Part shown: positions 27,100 through 40,346 of the stretch, one piece after another
Numbering within the stretch: the first letter of the stretch is position 1
How the letters are laid out: each line of letters begins with the position of its first letter
NCBI GenBank assembly: GCA_043228905.1
Contig: JBHGNT010000010.1
Span: 17,918,001 to 17,982,000 of the forward strand
Direction of reading: 5' to 3'
Length of the DNA stretch: 64,000 bases
Source: Azolla caroliniana
Lineage: Eukaryota; Plantae; Polypodiophyta
The notes under the pieces: model-generated
The model's input: the letters and a program-made list of their open reading frames with translations, nothing else
Database searches by the model: none
What the model was told of the DNA's origin: nothing
Position numbers and translations under genes: made by a program

Positions 27100-28699
27100 T
27101 TTTTTTTTCCCCAAAAAATATTCTACTTCCATTAGTTAAGAAAAAGTACATGGAATAATATACAACTAATATGTTACAAGCCACTTTGCAATGGCTACAA
27201 CAAATCATCATGTATAAATGAAGCAACTAAGCCTCATCACATAATTACTCAACAGACGCCCATCAACATGAACTTCACACACCCACATTCAACAAAGACA
27301 CCCGCCAATCACTTCACAATTCAACACCTACCTCTATGTTTGGTACCCTAGGAGGGAACAACCATCGGGCAGGCTGATATATCCACTTTGCATTGCCATC
27401 CACCATCACATAATTACTCAACAGACGCCCATCAACATGAACTTCACACACCCACATTCAACAAAGACACCCGCCAATCACTTCACAATTCAACACCTAC
27501 CTCTATGTTTGGTACCCTAGGAGGGAACAACCATCGGGCAGGCTGATATATCCACTTTGCATTGCCATCCACCATCTATAACATCGGGGAACCTCTCCAT
27601 TTTAGAAGGAAGCGGTACCTAGCTTCTTCACTTGCATAAGAGGGCCCTTGAAGGCTATCAAACTTACCTCGTAGCGTAGAAATCAGATTAAACCAAATCA
27701 TCATTAAACGCTCAGCCGATGGGGTTCGCTTCCCGGTAAAAGACTCCTTACACATTGATCCCCATACTTGCCAAACAGTAAGGCCAACCACTAAAATCCA
27801 AACATCTACGTATCGGTCCTGTATGAAGAATGAATCTCCTTGAGCTGCAGGCTGAACTGTACCATTCGCCACCTTTAAAGAAGGGCTATTTCCATTCCAC
27901 CCATGAAACCATGCAGCCGAGTCAGTAGCTAACCAAACAACGGTTGTACTTGATACCTGAACTTTAACCCCACATCGAGCCAGAATTCTTAAGCTCCTCT
28001 TCCAAACTTCTTGGGCTCGCGGGCAGCTCCATAAACAATGTGCGATATCCTCCAAACTCGCTCCACAGGCCTTGTAGTTACTCATGCCACCCCTTTTCCC
28101 CAGCCTCTCTCTGGTTGGAACAGCCCGATGGGTGATTAGCCAAAAAATCACCTTGACCCTCTCGAGGAGGGAAGAGTTCCATATCATGCTTCTGGTTTTA
28201 TCTACAAAGACCGAATCAACAGCTATATGGGTCCATTTGTTGGCACACTTCTCACGATGCAAGCATAAATGCCTACCCAAGCGAGTTGAGAAGTCAAAGA
28301 AACCATGTGATTTACCTTGTTCGTCCCTCCACACATATTCTGCAGGATCCCATTCTAAACACTCAAGTGGCTTGCCTTTAACTACATACCAGATCCAATC
28401 CTCCTCAACCTCAGCGATTGATGGATTCACCTTCCATTTCTTACCGTCTCGTGCCACAATTCTAATCGGGGACCAACGAGCACCTGCAACTACAGATCCC
28501 AACTGGATGATCTTCCCATTCTTTCCTATACCCTTGGCACTGATAACTTTTCCGGCATCATCACATTGTCCAAACCATTCACCCTCGTCCCCATTACTAA
28601 TAGGAATAGAGTAAACAACTTTATCGACTAGATCAAGCATCTTCCTACCATTTCTGAACTTTCTCGCATCTTCATATAATTTATCCTGATTACTAGGGG
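27100..28699 (-). mobile_element. 5'-truncated L1-clade LINE inserted in a Copia element
   Basis: Perfect 13-bp TSD ACAACTTGAATTC (27087-27099 and 28700-28712). Poly(T) at 27100-27108 is the tail. ORF 27576-28703 encodes the zf-RVT/C-terminal region (IWNSSLLERVKVIFWLI..., EDIAHCLWSCPRAQEVW). Confidence 0.92.
27235..27577. repeat. Near-perfect 169-bp tandem duplication in the 3' end of the nested LINE
   Basis: CATCACATAATTACTCAACAGACG... starts at 27235 and again at 27404. Confidence 0.92.
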
Positions 28700-29479
28700 A
28701 CAACTTGAATTCATTTTTATCTTTTGTAACTAAACATTAGTTTTTTTTATCATTCAACACAAACATATATCCTGTTTTTCTTCCACGTTACTATCATCTC
28801 TCTTGTATTTGAACTTGATGTCATGCATCTAGATTTATTAAATAACACATCCATATCTTTCTCTACTAATTGATCAATGGATATTACATTCTTTGTTACA
28901 CAAGTTACATACCATACATCTTTTAACTTTTTAGACATGTCAATGGTGAATGCAATTGAACATCTCCACAACGTTTTATATCATAACAAGTATCAACACC
29001 CTTACATATCTCTATGGGAGTAGATAAACTCTTTGGTACATCAAACACACTCAAGTCTCCAATCATGTGATTAGAACATACTCAAGATATTAAGCATCAT
29101 CTGCACTTTTACTAAGAGTACTACAAGTACATTTTCATTACATTCATTTTCATCGCATTCATATGCATGACTAGAGTTTGTAAATGCATAATTATTTTTT
29201 CACCTAATTTCCCATTTTTAATATCACTATGCCAAATCCAACAATCTTGTACACAATGCCCAAATGTATTGCATAGAAACACTTATAGTTAGAGGTTGAA
29301 GGCATGTCAGTGTCAAATATATCGATTCTAGGACTAAGGTAGAGAGGGGTGAAGGATGTGAACCCTATGTTAAGGGTATGACTTCATGATAATATATGGT
29401 TAGTGCAAGTAGAATAAAACATGTTTTTATGTGACTTATTTCATATTACTTGAGTGATAGAGAGTGATCGCTTTGGGCA

Positions 29480-29632
29480 GATAGATAGAGATGAACAAGT
29501 TTTCTTTTTTGAAAGTAGACAGATAGAGATGAACAAGTTTTCTTTTTTGAAAGTAGACAGATTGACATGAACAAGTTTTCTTTTCTTGAAAGTAGACATA
29601 TTGACATGAATAAGTTTTCTTATTTGAAAGTA
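29480..29632. repeat. About 4 x 38-bp tandem repeat
   Basis: AGAT(A/T)GA(G/C)ATGAACAAGTTTT(T)CTTTTTTGAAAGTAGAC is repeated. Confidence 0.85.
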
Positions 29633-31079
29633 AATCTAAATTATGGTGGTGAGGGAGGACCATGCAAGCACATGGTGAGGAATTCAGATATTCATCTTCT
29701 TTTTGGCTCCCTAAGATTTGCACAATTATCAAAGTATTGTTCAAATATTCAACAATGGAGATGTAGTGGATATTAAGTTATTTAGGCGCATGGTTGCCTA
29801 ATAAGGCTTAAACTAGTAAGAGTTAAAGCATGAGTCAACTAACATAATTTTGGAAAAAATAATTAGCTTGCATGAAAATAGATTAAGGTTATTACTCAAT
29901 TAAGGAATTAAAACTTTGAATTTGCAGAGAATAGGATTCTTAAGACATATTTCTAGAGAATAAGAACACAAGTCTTAAGTATATGTTAGACATCTCACAT
30001 TGATACTCTTGGTTGGGGGGTAGGTACACTTAAGCCTCCTAATAGAAGTAGGGTAATAGAGAGAGGACCAAACGTTATTGTAAGGGACATAGTTGTAGGG
30101 CTCTTTCTCATTTTACATTTACTTAGTATTAAAGCTTATGTCTCTCTCTCTCTCTCTCTCTCTCTCCTTAATCACTTTCTTAATATGATGCCATAAGCCT
30201 AATTATTGTATTTAAGTTAAACTTGTAGATAATTACATGAGTAACAAAAGCAAGATCATGTGGTGATTTATTATCTCTTCACTTGTCTATGAAGTGTGTG
30301 GAAACATGATAAAGTCTCTTTGTAATGAAATGTTGAGGTCTCATCTTGTGAATGTGATTAAGTCATAGTGTAAGATTAAAGTTTGCTTTAGTAGTTACTC
30401 CACATGTTAGTAGCTCAAGATTAATTGATCACTCACTCTCGCTCCTCTCTCTAACAAGATGGTAGACAACGGTATGTTCCTGCACACCAATCTCAAGATG
30501 GTATTCAAGAAGTAAACTTCTGGTAAGGATATCAAAAGACACTACAACAAGCATTGTCTCAGTACCACCGAATTCATCAATGGGAAATCCAATGAGTGAT
30601 GGTTGCAAGCATGTTGCTCATCAACAATTTTGTCCTTTGTCTTCATGGTGATTATTGTCTTCGCAACGTCTTTACTCTAATAAAGAATAAGGATTAATTG
30701 GACATATTTCTCAAATACTACATAAGAACTAGCACAAAAAGGTGTCAATTGATTTTGATGAAAATTCTTGATTTTTTAAAGACATTCAACCTTCACCTTG
30801 ACCTTAAGATTTACATATCCTTGATTTATTCCATCAGTTAAATGTTAAGACTCCACCACATTACAATTAGTTCATCTTTTGGGAGAAAGAATCCATGACA
30901 AAGTTCTCAAACACACTTTACAAATGTTATTAATAAAAGCATACTCTCATGTTTTATGAATTTACATTCATAGAAAAACACTTCAACAAGGATTCATAAT
31001 AATTAGTTTTTCATGGATGTTCTGATTATAATATCATGTAGTGTGAAACCCAGAAAGAAATAATTGAGATTTTGTTCAA

Positions 31080-32990
31080 TCTCAAGGCTTGTGCCAAGAA
31101 GAAAGACCTTTGAGAAGGTATCAGGTCCATGCTCATATTCTACAACGATATTTTCTGGCAAAGAATACCCATCTTGGAAGTAGTTTAGTATGTATGTATG
31201 GAAAATGTGGTAAGAAGCATAGAAAGTGCTACTACAACTTCCTTACCAAGATACGACTTCATGGAATGCGGTAAATGTAGGATATGCTAACTAGAAAAAA
31301 AGGTTATGAAGTGCTCTCCAAATTTGCATCTTGAAATCTTGTGGCAACATAAAAGGAATAGTAGATATTAACAATCAATTTCAGAATGAAATTGTGCGTA
31401 AGAGCTTATTAAGGGAGAATATCACGCTTGGAAATGCTTTGATTGATATGTTTGGAAAATGCGACGAGCTTGGAAAAGCACAAAATATTTTTGAAGAGCT
31501 TCCTGTTCGTGATGAAATTTCATGGATTCACTAATTGTAGGGTATGTTGGACGGGAGCTATGCCATGAAGCACTGAACTGTTTGGAACTTATGCAAAGTG
31601 AAGGCCTCTCTCCAAGTATACTAACCATTATTGGCATCTTGAGAGTTTGTGGTAGCATAGGAGATACACAAAAAGGAATACTAATCCACAGTAAATTTAT
31701 AAGCAAGGGTTTGTTCGAGAAGAATGTGGTGATTGGAAATGCTTTGATTGACATGTAGGTGGAATGTCATGTACTTAGGAAGGCTCAAGAAGTGCTCGAA
31801 AGGCTTCATGTCTGAGATGTAGTCTCTTGGTCTGCATTAATTTCAGGGTATACCCAACAAGGCCAAGATCTTGAAGCATTGAAGTGTTTTGAACATATCC
31901 AAAATGAGGGGCTTTCCCCTGATGTGATCTCATTCATTTGCATGTTAAAGGCTTGTGGAAACATAGGAGCTCTATATAAGGGTAAACAAATGCATAATAT
32001 GATTCTCAACTCAAGGTTGCGTAAAAATGATTTTATGCTTAGAAATACCTTACTGAATATGTATTCTCAAATGACAATATTTGCATGCAAAGGCCATCAA
32101 AGTTGGGTTTGATGGAAATGTGGTTGTGGGAAACTCTTTGATTCATATGTACATAAAATGTGGTCTGATAATGGAAGCAAGAATGGTCTTTGATGAACTT
32201 CCAGTCTGTGATATCATTTCATGGAATGTGATTGCATCTGGATATGCTGACTATGGGCTCGAAAGCAAGTGTTTTATTGCTTGGAGCAAATGCAAGTAGA
32301 AGGAATTTCTCTTGACTCTGCTTCATTCGTCCGCTTCTTGAAAGCTTGTTTTGGAGCAGAGTCTCTAAAATGAGGAGGGGAATTACATGGTGATATTGCA
32401 AAAGAAGGATTTGAAAAACGTCCTTTTGTTGGTACTGTAAATGTGGAGCAATAATTGAAGCCTGAGAGCTTTTTGATGAATTATTGTAGGTTGAAGATGT
32501 GGTACAATGGACTACCATGTTATTGGGCTATAATGAGCATGATAAGAATGAGGATGTTATACAACTCTATCTTCAAATGCTTGTGCAAGGCCTCTTACCT
32601 AATTTGATGACATTTTTTGGTATGTTGAAAGCATGTGGCAACATGGGGGATATACAGAAAGGGAACAACTTCCATGCTCAAATGTCCTGGCATAACATGG
32701 AGGTGACAAAAACAAGTGATCTTATTGAGATGTATGCAAAATGTGGAAGTATACTTGAAGCTCAACAAGTTTTTGCTATAGGACAAGCAAGAAGTCTTAT
32801 TGAATGGACTAGTTTAATTTTGGATATGCTCGAAACGGAGAAAATGTACAAAAAACATTTAGCACTATGATGGTTTCAAATATCGTCTCATGGAATGCAC
32901 TCAAAAGAGGCTATAGAGACCATGGATATGCCGAGGAGGTGTTGTATTAGTTTTGAACAATTGCAAGACAATATATGTATATTGTTTACT
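31080..32990 (+). pseudogene. Decayed PLS-class pentatricopeptide repeat (PPR) gene
   Basis: Successive PPR motifs in shifting frames with stops: LGSSLVCMYGKCG, LGNALIDMFGKCDELGKAQNIFEELPVRDEISW, VVGNSLIHMYIKCGLIMEARMVFDELPVCDIISWN, TFFGMLKACG, LIEMYAKCGSILEAQQVF. No introns seen. Confidence 0.88.
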
Positions 32991-34430
32991 TTAATTTTAA
33001 TACTAATAGAGGATATTTTTTATGGAAAAAAAAAACACTTCATCAAGGAAAGACTACTAGAGTCTATCAAACAATGAATTTAAGCATAGCCTTTAGGTAA
33101 CGTCATAGACAAATGGTTGATGTCTAACACAATTTGCACATGTCAATCATATGTTTCCAATAAAATTGCATTTGAAAAAATAAAGTTTGGCTGCACTAAT
33201 CTAGCGCAATAGGGTTTCTACCAACTATGCTTTTGGCCAAGATGTCAAACCACTAAGGCATCAATCCTAAATCCAAGGGCCATGGATGCATGATAAACGT
33301 TATCAAGCGTGAATCATGATCCTCAAAGACAATGAATCATGATGATTAGGCGGTGTATAGACATTCACCATAGCTGGCACTTGATGATGATTCACGAATC
33401 CAAATAAGTCCTCCATGCATTAAATGTATGGGGGACACACGTACACACACAAAGTGCAAATGGCCACAATGAAAGACAGAAAATTTAAAAATAAAAGACA
33501 ACACGCACAAAAAGAAAAGTGATGCACTATACCTCCATTAATTGTAAAATAAGAGACATTGAGAGATAGAGATAGAGACGCTAAATCACTTGCATGGATT
33601 GAGTGATTTTTAATGTCTACAAGAAACTGAAATGTGATCTATGGTCGAGCCGGTATAGAGACAATTGAGCTTGGGCTCTTTCAAATTTATGAGTTTTATG
33701 CTACCGAGCAAACAATGACAAAGAGGTGACAATGGGAGGTACATTTTGAGAGGGATGCTAGAGTGTACGAAAATGATCGGATTGGTGGTCCCTCGACACC
33801 ACTTCACCAAGTATCCCCATGGACACTCCATTGATTATTCAAGGAATATTGCATGTTAGCAATGGAGTAGTGGGCGAGAGGACCACAATTGGAGAAGGTA
33901 TATCAAAGGGGAAAAAAACCTAATGTTGCCTCTTTCTATCTATTGTTTTAATGTAAGAAAACAAAAGAAATAGCCTAGCATTTTCTCTACTTTGAAAAAA
34001 ATATTTTTTTTGGATCCTTGCATATAAACTTCCCAAAATTCAAAAGAAAAAGTGCAAAAGGAAAAAAAAACATACTTTCAAAAGATAAACACCATCCTTT
34101 AAGAAAAAATGTGGCAAATTTGATTTTTTGTTAAACATTTAAAGTGTGAGGTTCTACTTGTGCCACGTTGCAAATGGTCTTGGACGGTCAGACATGTGGC
34201 AATGAGTCCAAGATGTGACTTAAATGCAAAAACGATAAGTTGACTTATCCACATATAAAATCTCTATCTCAATGTGAAACCGTCCATTTGCTCATTGACT
34301 TTGTGTGTGTCTGTGTTGTCTCTCTCTCTTCACTCCTTATTCCCACACTAGCAATTCAATTTATGTCTTTCTTATTTCTTCTCTGTTTCTTCAGCTAGTC
34401 GTTGTTTCTCCCTTTGGTTTCTTTTCAACA

Positions 34431-36219
34431 ATGGGCCGAACCCCTTGTTGTGAGAAAATTGGCATAAAACGAGGACCTTGGACTAAACAAGAAGACCAGA
34501 AGCTCATCGCTTATGTCACGGAACATGGCCATGGAAGTTGGAAAGCTTTACCAAAGAAAGCAGGTAAAATTAAGTGTACACAAGTCATATTTTCTACTTT
34601 TTAAGGATGATAAAATATCTAATTCTAATTCTAATTCTAGTTGGGATTCTTAATGTTATTCAACCCCCTATCTTGGTATTGTCATTGGTGTTAATCTTGC
34701 CCTTTACATTGGTGTTGGTATTGCAACATCTTTAAGGTTTGCTTCGATGTGGGAAGAGTTGCCGATTGCGATGGACTAATTACCTTCGACCTGACATCAA
34801 ACGTGGCGAATTCACATCAAACGAAGAGCAAACCATCATCCAACTTCACAACTTGCTTGGAAATAGGTATTATACTTTTAATGTATTTCTATGTTAAATA
34901 AAATTTTAATATAATCTCCTAATTGGATGGTTTGGTTTTTGTTTTTGTTTCTCCTCTTCACGGTGTTTAAAAGATGGTCTACCATTGCTGCCCACCTACC
35001 AAAGAGAACTGATAATGAGATTAAAAACCATTGGAACACTCATCTCAAGAAGAGGCTTCTCAAAATGGGCATAGACCCTCTCACTCACATAATCAAATTC
35101 GAACCAGTCACTTTAAATGATAAGAACCACCCTTTCGACGCCCCCCTCAACAACCATACCAATCATTCTAACTATCATATGGTGCAATGGGAGAGTGTTC
35201 GCCTTGAAGCGGAGGCTCGTCTCTCTCGGGAAGCAAAGTTGCGGTCCAAAGGTATATGGAAAAAAATCTCACCATCATTGTCATGGAATTGCATGGATTA
35301 TCAACCACCCAATGTGCGAGACCCCTCATTGGAGGTCATCGATGGAGATTGTAGATCTTCCTATCCCATTGAAAATTTATTCGAATTAAGCACAACAAAT
35401 CTCATGGTCCACAAGATTCATAATGTAGAGACTTCATTGGGTGCAACGAAGGGAGTCCATTTATCCTCATGTAACATCACTGGAGCTTGTATGTCATCTA
35501 AACCTATCATTGAAGCTCATGTGTCTTCCGATACTAATACTCAAGCTCAAATGTTCATACAAGAATTATCAAGCTTTGACTATAGGTTGCCTTTGTACCA
35601 TGACTCTCCCACCTCGACCTTAACCTCTTTGGATAACACGCCAATGGAAAAACAATCACCACCGATTACTTCTACTTCTTCATCGCCACCATGTTATTCT
35701 TCGAGGGGTGAATTCAACACCAAGAAGTTGTCATGGGCCGATATTTTGCTCAATGGTGCTAACACTATGCTAAGTATAGAGCCAACCAAAACATTGTGTG
35801 AGAACAAGGGCATACTCAAAGGGGCAAGCTTACAATTATCTTCTCTTGTGCACAACATGGATGATGAAGATGATATAGGTCTAATGAGAAGTAATATGTC
35901 AAGGAGCGAAGAAAAAGTAGTCGATTACTTAGGAAGTGATGCATTCCTAACAAATGTTGTGACTTATAACTCTAGTAACTTGCTTGATCTTGAGTTAGAG
36001 CTCACTCATGACAATGTTTTGGGTACTCCTACCAATAGTACTCCTACTAAACAAAGTTCGTCTAAGTCTAAAGGAGAACACAATGTTAATTGTGAAGCTA
36101 GCTATAATCATAGTGTGTTGCTACACGAAGATGAATATGTTGATGATTGTTATTGGAATAACATGCTTCAAGAAGTAGTAGACTCCGAGATCATGATTGA
36201 CGCTCCAATATTTTTATAA
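34431..36219 (+). CDS. R2R3-MYB transcription factor, subgroup 9 (MIXTA/MYB16/MYB17/MYB106-like), 3 exons
   Basis: Exons 34431-34563 (133 bp), 34737-34866 (130 bp), 34974-36219, the classic R2R3-MYB intron pattern. [18 protein letters not shown]...[21 protein letters not shown]...[18 protein letters not shown], followed by the subgroup-9 motif [22 protein letters not shown]. Confidence 0.95.
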
Positions 36220-37849
36220 GAAGTGAGCCCCTACATTATTATCCCTTATTTTTAATCTTTTCTTTAAGACTAGTGAACCTAGCGATGATCATGTTTAATC
36301 ATTAAATCCGATTATCTAGTCTAGCTTATTAAGTTAATGTACATTGTTATATTCTATGATCTACTAAGCTCTCTAGGATAAACATTTGGGTTCTCCCATT
36401 TTATTGTACGATATGTTCCTCCCTAGTAAAGGCCCAATACTTTTATTATTATTTATGGGTATCACGCGCAACTTCTCAACTCTTTTGAGTGTGTATATGC
36501 AAGCAAACATGAAAAGGATGTGTTTGTAATTAGTACAATGATTGGAATAAATAGATATCTTGAACTTTTTGTCGGGTCAGTTGTTCAATGACTAATGTGA
36601 TCATTTTGAAATAAATTGATTCAATCAGACTCGTTTTTTGAGAGAGAAACTTAAAAAGCAAGATGAAACAAAAAAACAATCATATCAAATGAATCCAATG
36701 AATATTGTAATAATTCAATGACTTCCTCATGGTCCCGCCAATGTCATTGGTGATCATGATGTTGAGAAACTAAGAAGAAACATATAGGTCTAACTTCTCA
36801 CTCATGCTAAGCTTTAAGAAATAAAACATATTCATGAAATAGAACTATTCTCTAGGGAAATCCAATCTTCGCCCCTTTGAAGCTTCGTTATTAATGCATT
36901 ATGTTATCTTTGCTTATGGTTTCTATTATTGTTTAGCTCTTTTCATCTAACTCTATGAAATGATCAATAGTCCACTATATATGATAACAATAACCCACTT
37001 GAAAAACATAGGGTTTAGGTATCACATCCTATTATGACGCTTCACCTTCGATCATAGTCATGTTTTATTTCGTCATGTTATCAATCAAGACTCATTCTGA
37101 CATATTTCTCCTACATTTACAATGTGCATTATCAATTGTAACTGTCATTAGAGAAGTGCAAATAAACTCAAGGCACAGTACATGAAAATATTTTGTTGTG
37201 GTCCAATGTAAGTCATATATGATCTTTGAGAACGGTAATAAAATCTATCTATTTATCCTATTCATTTTCAATGAAAGAATGTGGTGGTGGTAGAAACGAT
37301 AAGAGGCAATGCCTCATTTCTTCGTGTTGTTCTTATTAAACTAGGAAATGAAGGTGTAGAATGAAGCTTTATAAAGCTACAACAAAAGCTATGTGTTGAG
37401 AGATGATTCTTATGATTGGAATTACATACCTCATAATATAGAGATCAACACCTATTGCTTATGCAATATCGTAATCAACATCACATATCAAACTTCCAAA
37501 CTCGAATAAAGTATGCTTCAACAATTGACAAGGAATATATAGAAATCACAAATACACATGCTAATATCTTTTTTATTAAGGGTATGTCATGGTATTTCTC
37601 AAAATTACCCAAGGAGTACTGGTATCTAGACTATATTATTGTGTTTTTAACTATTAAGATAATTTAGCCATATAGAAGGGGGGCCGGGGCATTTTTTATG
37701 GCTATGATCATCTCCCCTTATACAAGGGATGTTTTAACGACTAAGATAATCTATCCATGACATAATCTATCAAATTGGAAACAAATGCAGTATGAAAGTT
37801 TCATAGGCAATGTTGATGCCATTTTCAAGAAACAAATGCATTTTAAAAG

Positions 37850-38470
37850 GATATGGACCTCTATGCTCATTTTTAGGGAAGATGGAGATCACATAATTTG
37901 GATGTATATTGTTCCCGTCATATTGGGAAACAATGTCTACTAACTTTGTTTATGGACATTCTGTTGTTACAGATTTTGGGTGCTATAGGTTACATTGAAT
38001 GCTCAATTGCAGTTTGGGAGGAGTAGATGATAAAAATCTTGGAGATATGGTGTACAAATATGTGTAGTTCTTGCATATACACATCAAATTGACTATGAGG
38101 AATGGTGTTGGAAAGTTGTTGTTGTTGCACAAGTTGCAAGATGGATTATGAAAGAGAGGCATAAGTCAAAGTTTGAAAAGCAGAAATCCAGAAACAAAAA
38201 CAACAAATTGCTTAAAGTTTAGCTAAAAACATTTATACTTTCTGGCATTCAAGTGAAGCACTTCTTACAGATGTTGTTACAATGATAATGTTTCTATGTC
38301 AGTTTTATCAAGCAGTAATTTGGAAAAAACAGCCATTGATAAGGTTATGCACAAGAAGGCCGAGTTTATGAAGCTTTAAAAGCTTCAAAAAGATGCAAAA
38401 CGAGGGCATCTCTCCTTTTGCTTGATCACCCCTTATTGCTGGCTATGCTCAACAAATTGGCTATGATGAG
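37850..38470 (+). pseudogene. Highly degraded PPR fragment
   Basis: Residual motifs near 38345-38460 (YAQEGRVYEALK, KMQNEGISP, IAGYAQQ) amid stops and frameshifts. Boundaries are approximate. Confidence 0.55.
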
Positions 38471-38868
38471 GGTACAAGGGAATCGGTTGGTATATTTGTT
38501 TATCCAACACAACTTTTGTATTTCTTATGATTTAATAATACCAAGGCGTATCTTTTTAGGAGAAAAAAAAAATCTACCAAATTGGAGGGCTTGTAGAAGT
38601 TGTCAATGATAATTTTACGATATCGTCAATTTATTCGGTTGATTAACTTGGCAAATGATTAAGGCATAAACAACGCGATTAGTGATAGATTCAAGTCAAT
38701 TGTTCTCATGTTAACGATATCTCAATGCCTACAAACTTTGAATGTGATTGGATCTTTCATGACATCATACACACATAAACATAGTGTTCACTGTATATTT
38801 ATTGGTTGTGCATGAGTCATTATGTGGCTAAATTTCCATATGCACATACACCTAGGTCTTAATCATGT

Positions 38869-38912
<44 letters not shown>

Positions 38913-39286
38913 GTCACATGCATGATAGTATATGGTTCCCGTGATACATATAAATTCTTCACCCATATTAAGTCACCTATGTAAAATACATGTGGAAATA
39001 TGAAAGTTTGCACTATTTAATGCATATAAAGCCAACATATATGATCAAATGAGGCTAATACATCATCTACTAGACTAGTGAATGAGCAAACATGATAAAT
39101 TCAAAAATGATCTTCTCTACAAAGCAAACACATACTTGACAATAATAAAAGACTTATTCAAGGTAGTTCACCAACAATATGAATATTTAATAGATCATTA
39201 TCCATAAGAATAAACAATGAATCAAATTTATGTTCAAAGACTCTCGATTCAATATCTTTTATTGTTCATAGTTGGCACATTCTTAT

Positions 39287-40346
39287 TCATGACTAGTATA
39301 TTCCCACATACGCAATTGTTGTAACGTGCTTATGTCGGAGGGATTAACATAGGTAAATGTTTGTCTTTTCACTCTGGAAGAATGCTCGCTTTTGATCATA
39401 TTAATTCATTGTACTTTTTATCTTCAAAGAAGAAATAGTTTGTACAATTGTATGGGAGGCGATTATTGCTTTGAATGTCATATGTTGCATGAAGTTTTTG
39501 GGACATCAAAATCCTAGAGAGACTAGATGTAGGCTTTACAAAATTGTTGGCACGGTAGGTGCTTCTAACAACAAATTTAGCCATCATACTTTGTTTTCAT
39601 GTAGACAGTGTGGTTTTGATCATATACAGTGTTAGCAAAATGATTAGGAAAGGGAACATTTTCACATGTTAGACTCTATGTTGTTCAATCACATCCAAAC
39701 TTCTTTTGTTGAAAACTTGGATTCTCATTCGTGATCGGCCACATATCACAACTACGCATGGAGAGAACCAATATTGTTGAGCCATTGAAGATAAGTTTAT
39801 GAAATATCTATAGTAAAAAATCTCTAGATTTAGGATTTTGATGTCCCAAAAACTTCATGCGACATATGACATTGAAAGCAATAATCGCCTCTCATACAAT
39901 TGTACAAACTATTTCTTCTTTGAAGGCAAAAAGTACAATGAATTAATATGATCAAAAGCAAGCATTCTTCCAGAGTGAAAAGACAAACATTTACCTATGT
40001 TAATCCCTCCGACATAAGCACGTTACAACAATTGCGTATGTGGGAATATATTGGTCATGAGCTTATCTTCAATGGCTCAACAATATTGGTTCTCTCCATG
40101 CTTAGTTGTGATATGTGGCCGACCACGAATGAGAATCCAAGTTTTCAACAAAAGAAGTTTGGATGTGATTGAACAACATAGAGTCTAACATGTGAAAATG
40201 TTCCCTTTCCTAATCATTTTGCTAACACTGTATATGATCAAAACCACACTGTCTACATGACAACAAAGTATGATGGCTAAATTTGTTGTCAGAAGCACCT
40301 ACCATGCCAACAATTTTGTAAAGCCTACATCTAGTCTCTCTAGGAT
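39287..40346. repeat. Inverted, circularly permuted 516-bp duplication (A-B-spacer-A'-B')
   Basis: A 39287-39516 is the reverse complement of 39831-40060 (230 bp). B 39511-39802 is the reverse complement of 40055-40346 (292 bp). Only scattered substitutions. Confidence 0.95.

Larger units (their letters stand above)
25730..29290 (-). mobile_element. Degenerate Ty1/Copia LTR-retrotransposon internal region (gag-PR-INT-RT order), split by the LINE
   Basis: Read on the minus strand: zinc knuckle CNTFGHCVQDC (about 29240-29280), protease-region HMIGD and LKDVWYV...NVISIDQL, LWHKRLGH just left of the LINE TSD, EPNCFEDA (about 26220), WVYRSK and YVDDLII (about 25900-25920). Many stops; LTRs not identified. 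Confidence 0.85.

Noticed and set aside
29305-30455. Possible solo LTR (TG...CA)
   Set aside because: No partner LTR, convincing PBS/PPT or TSD could be verified by eye.
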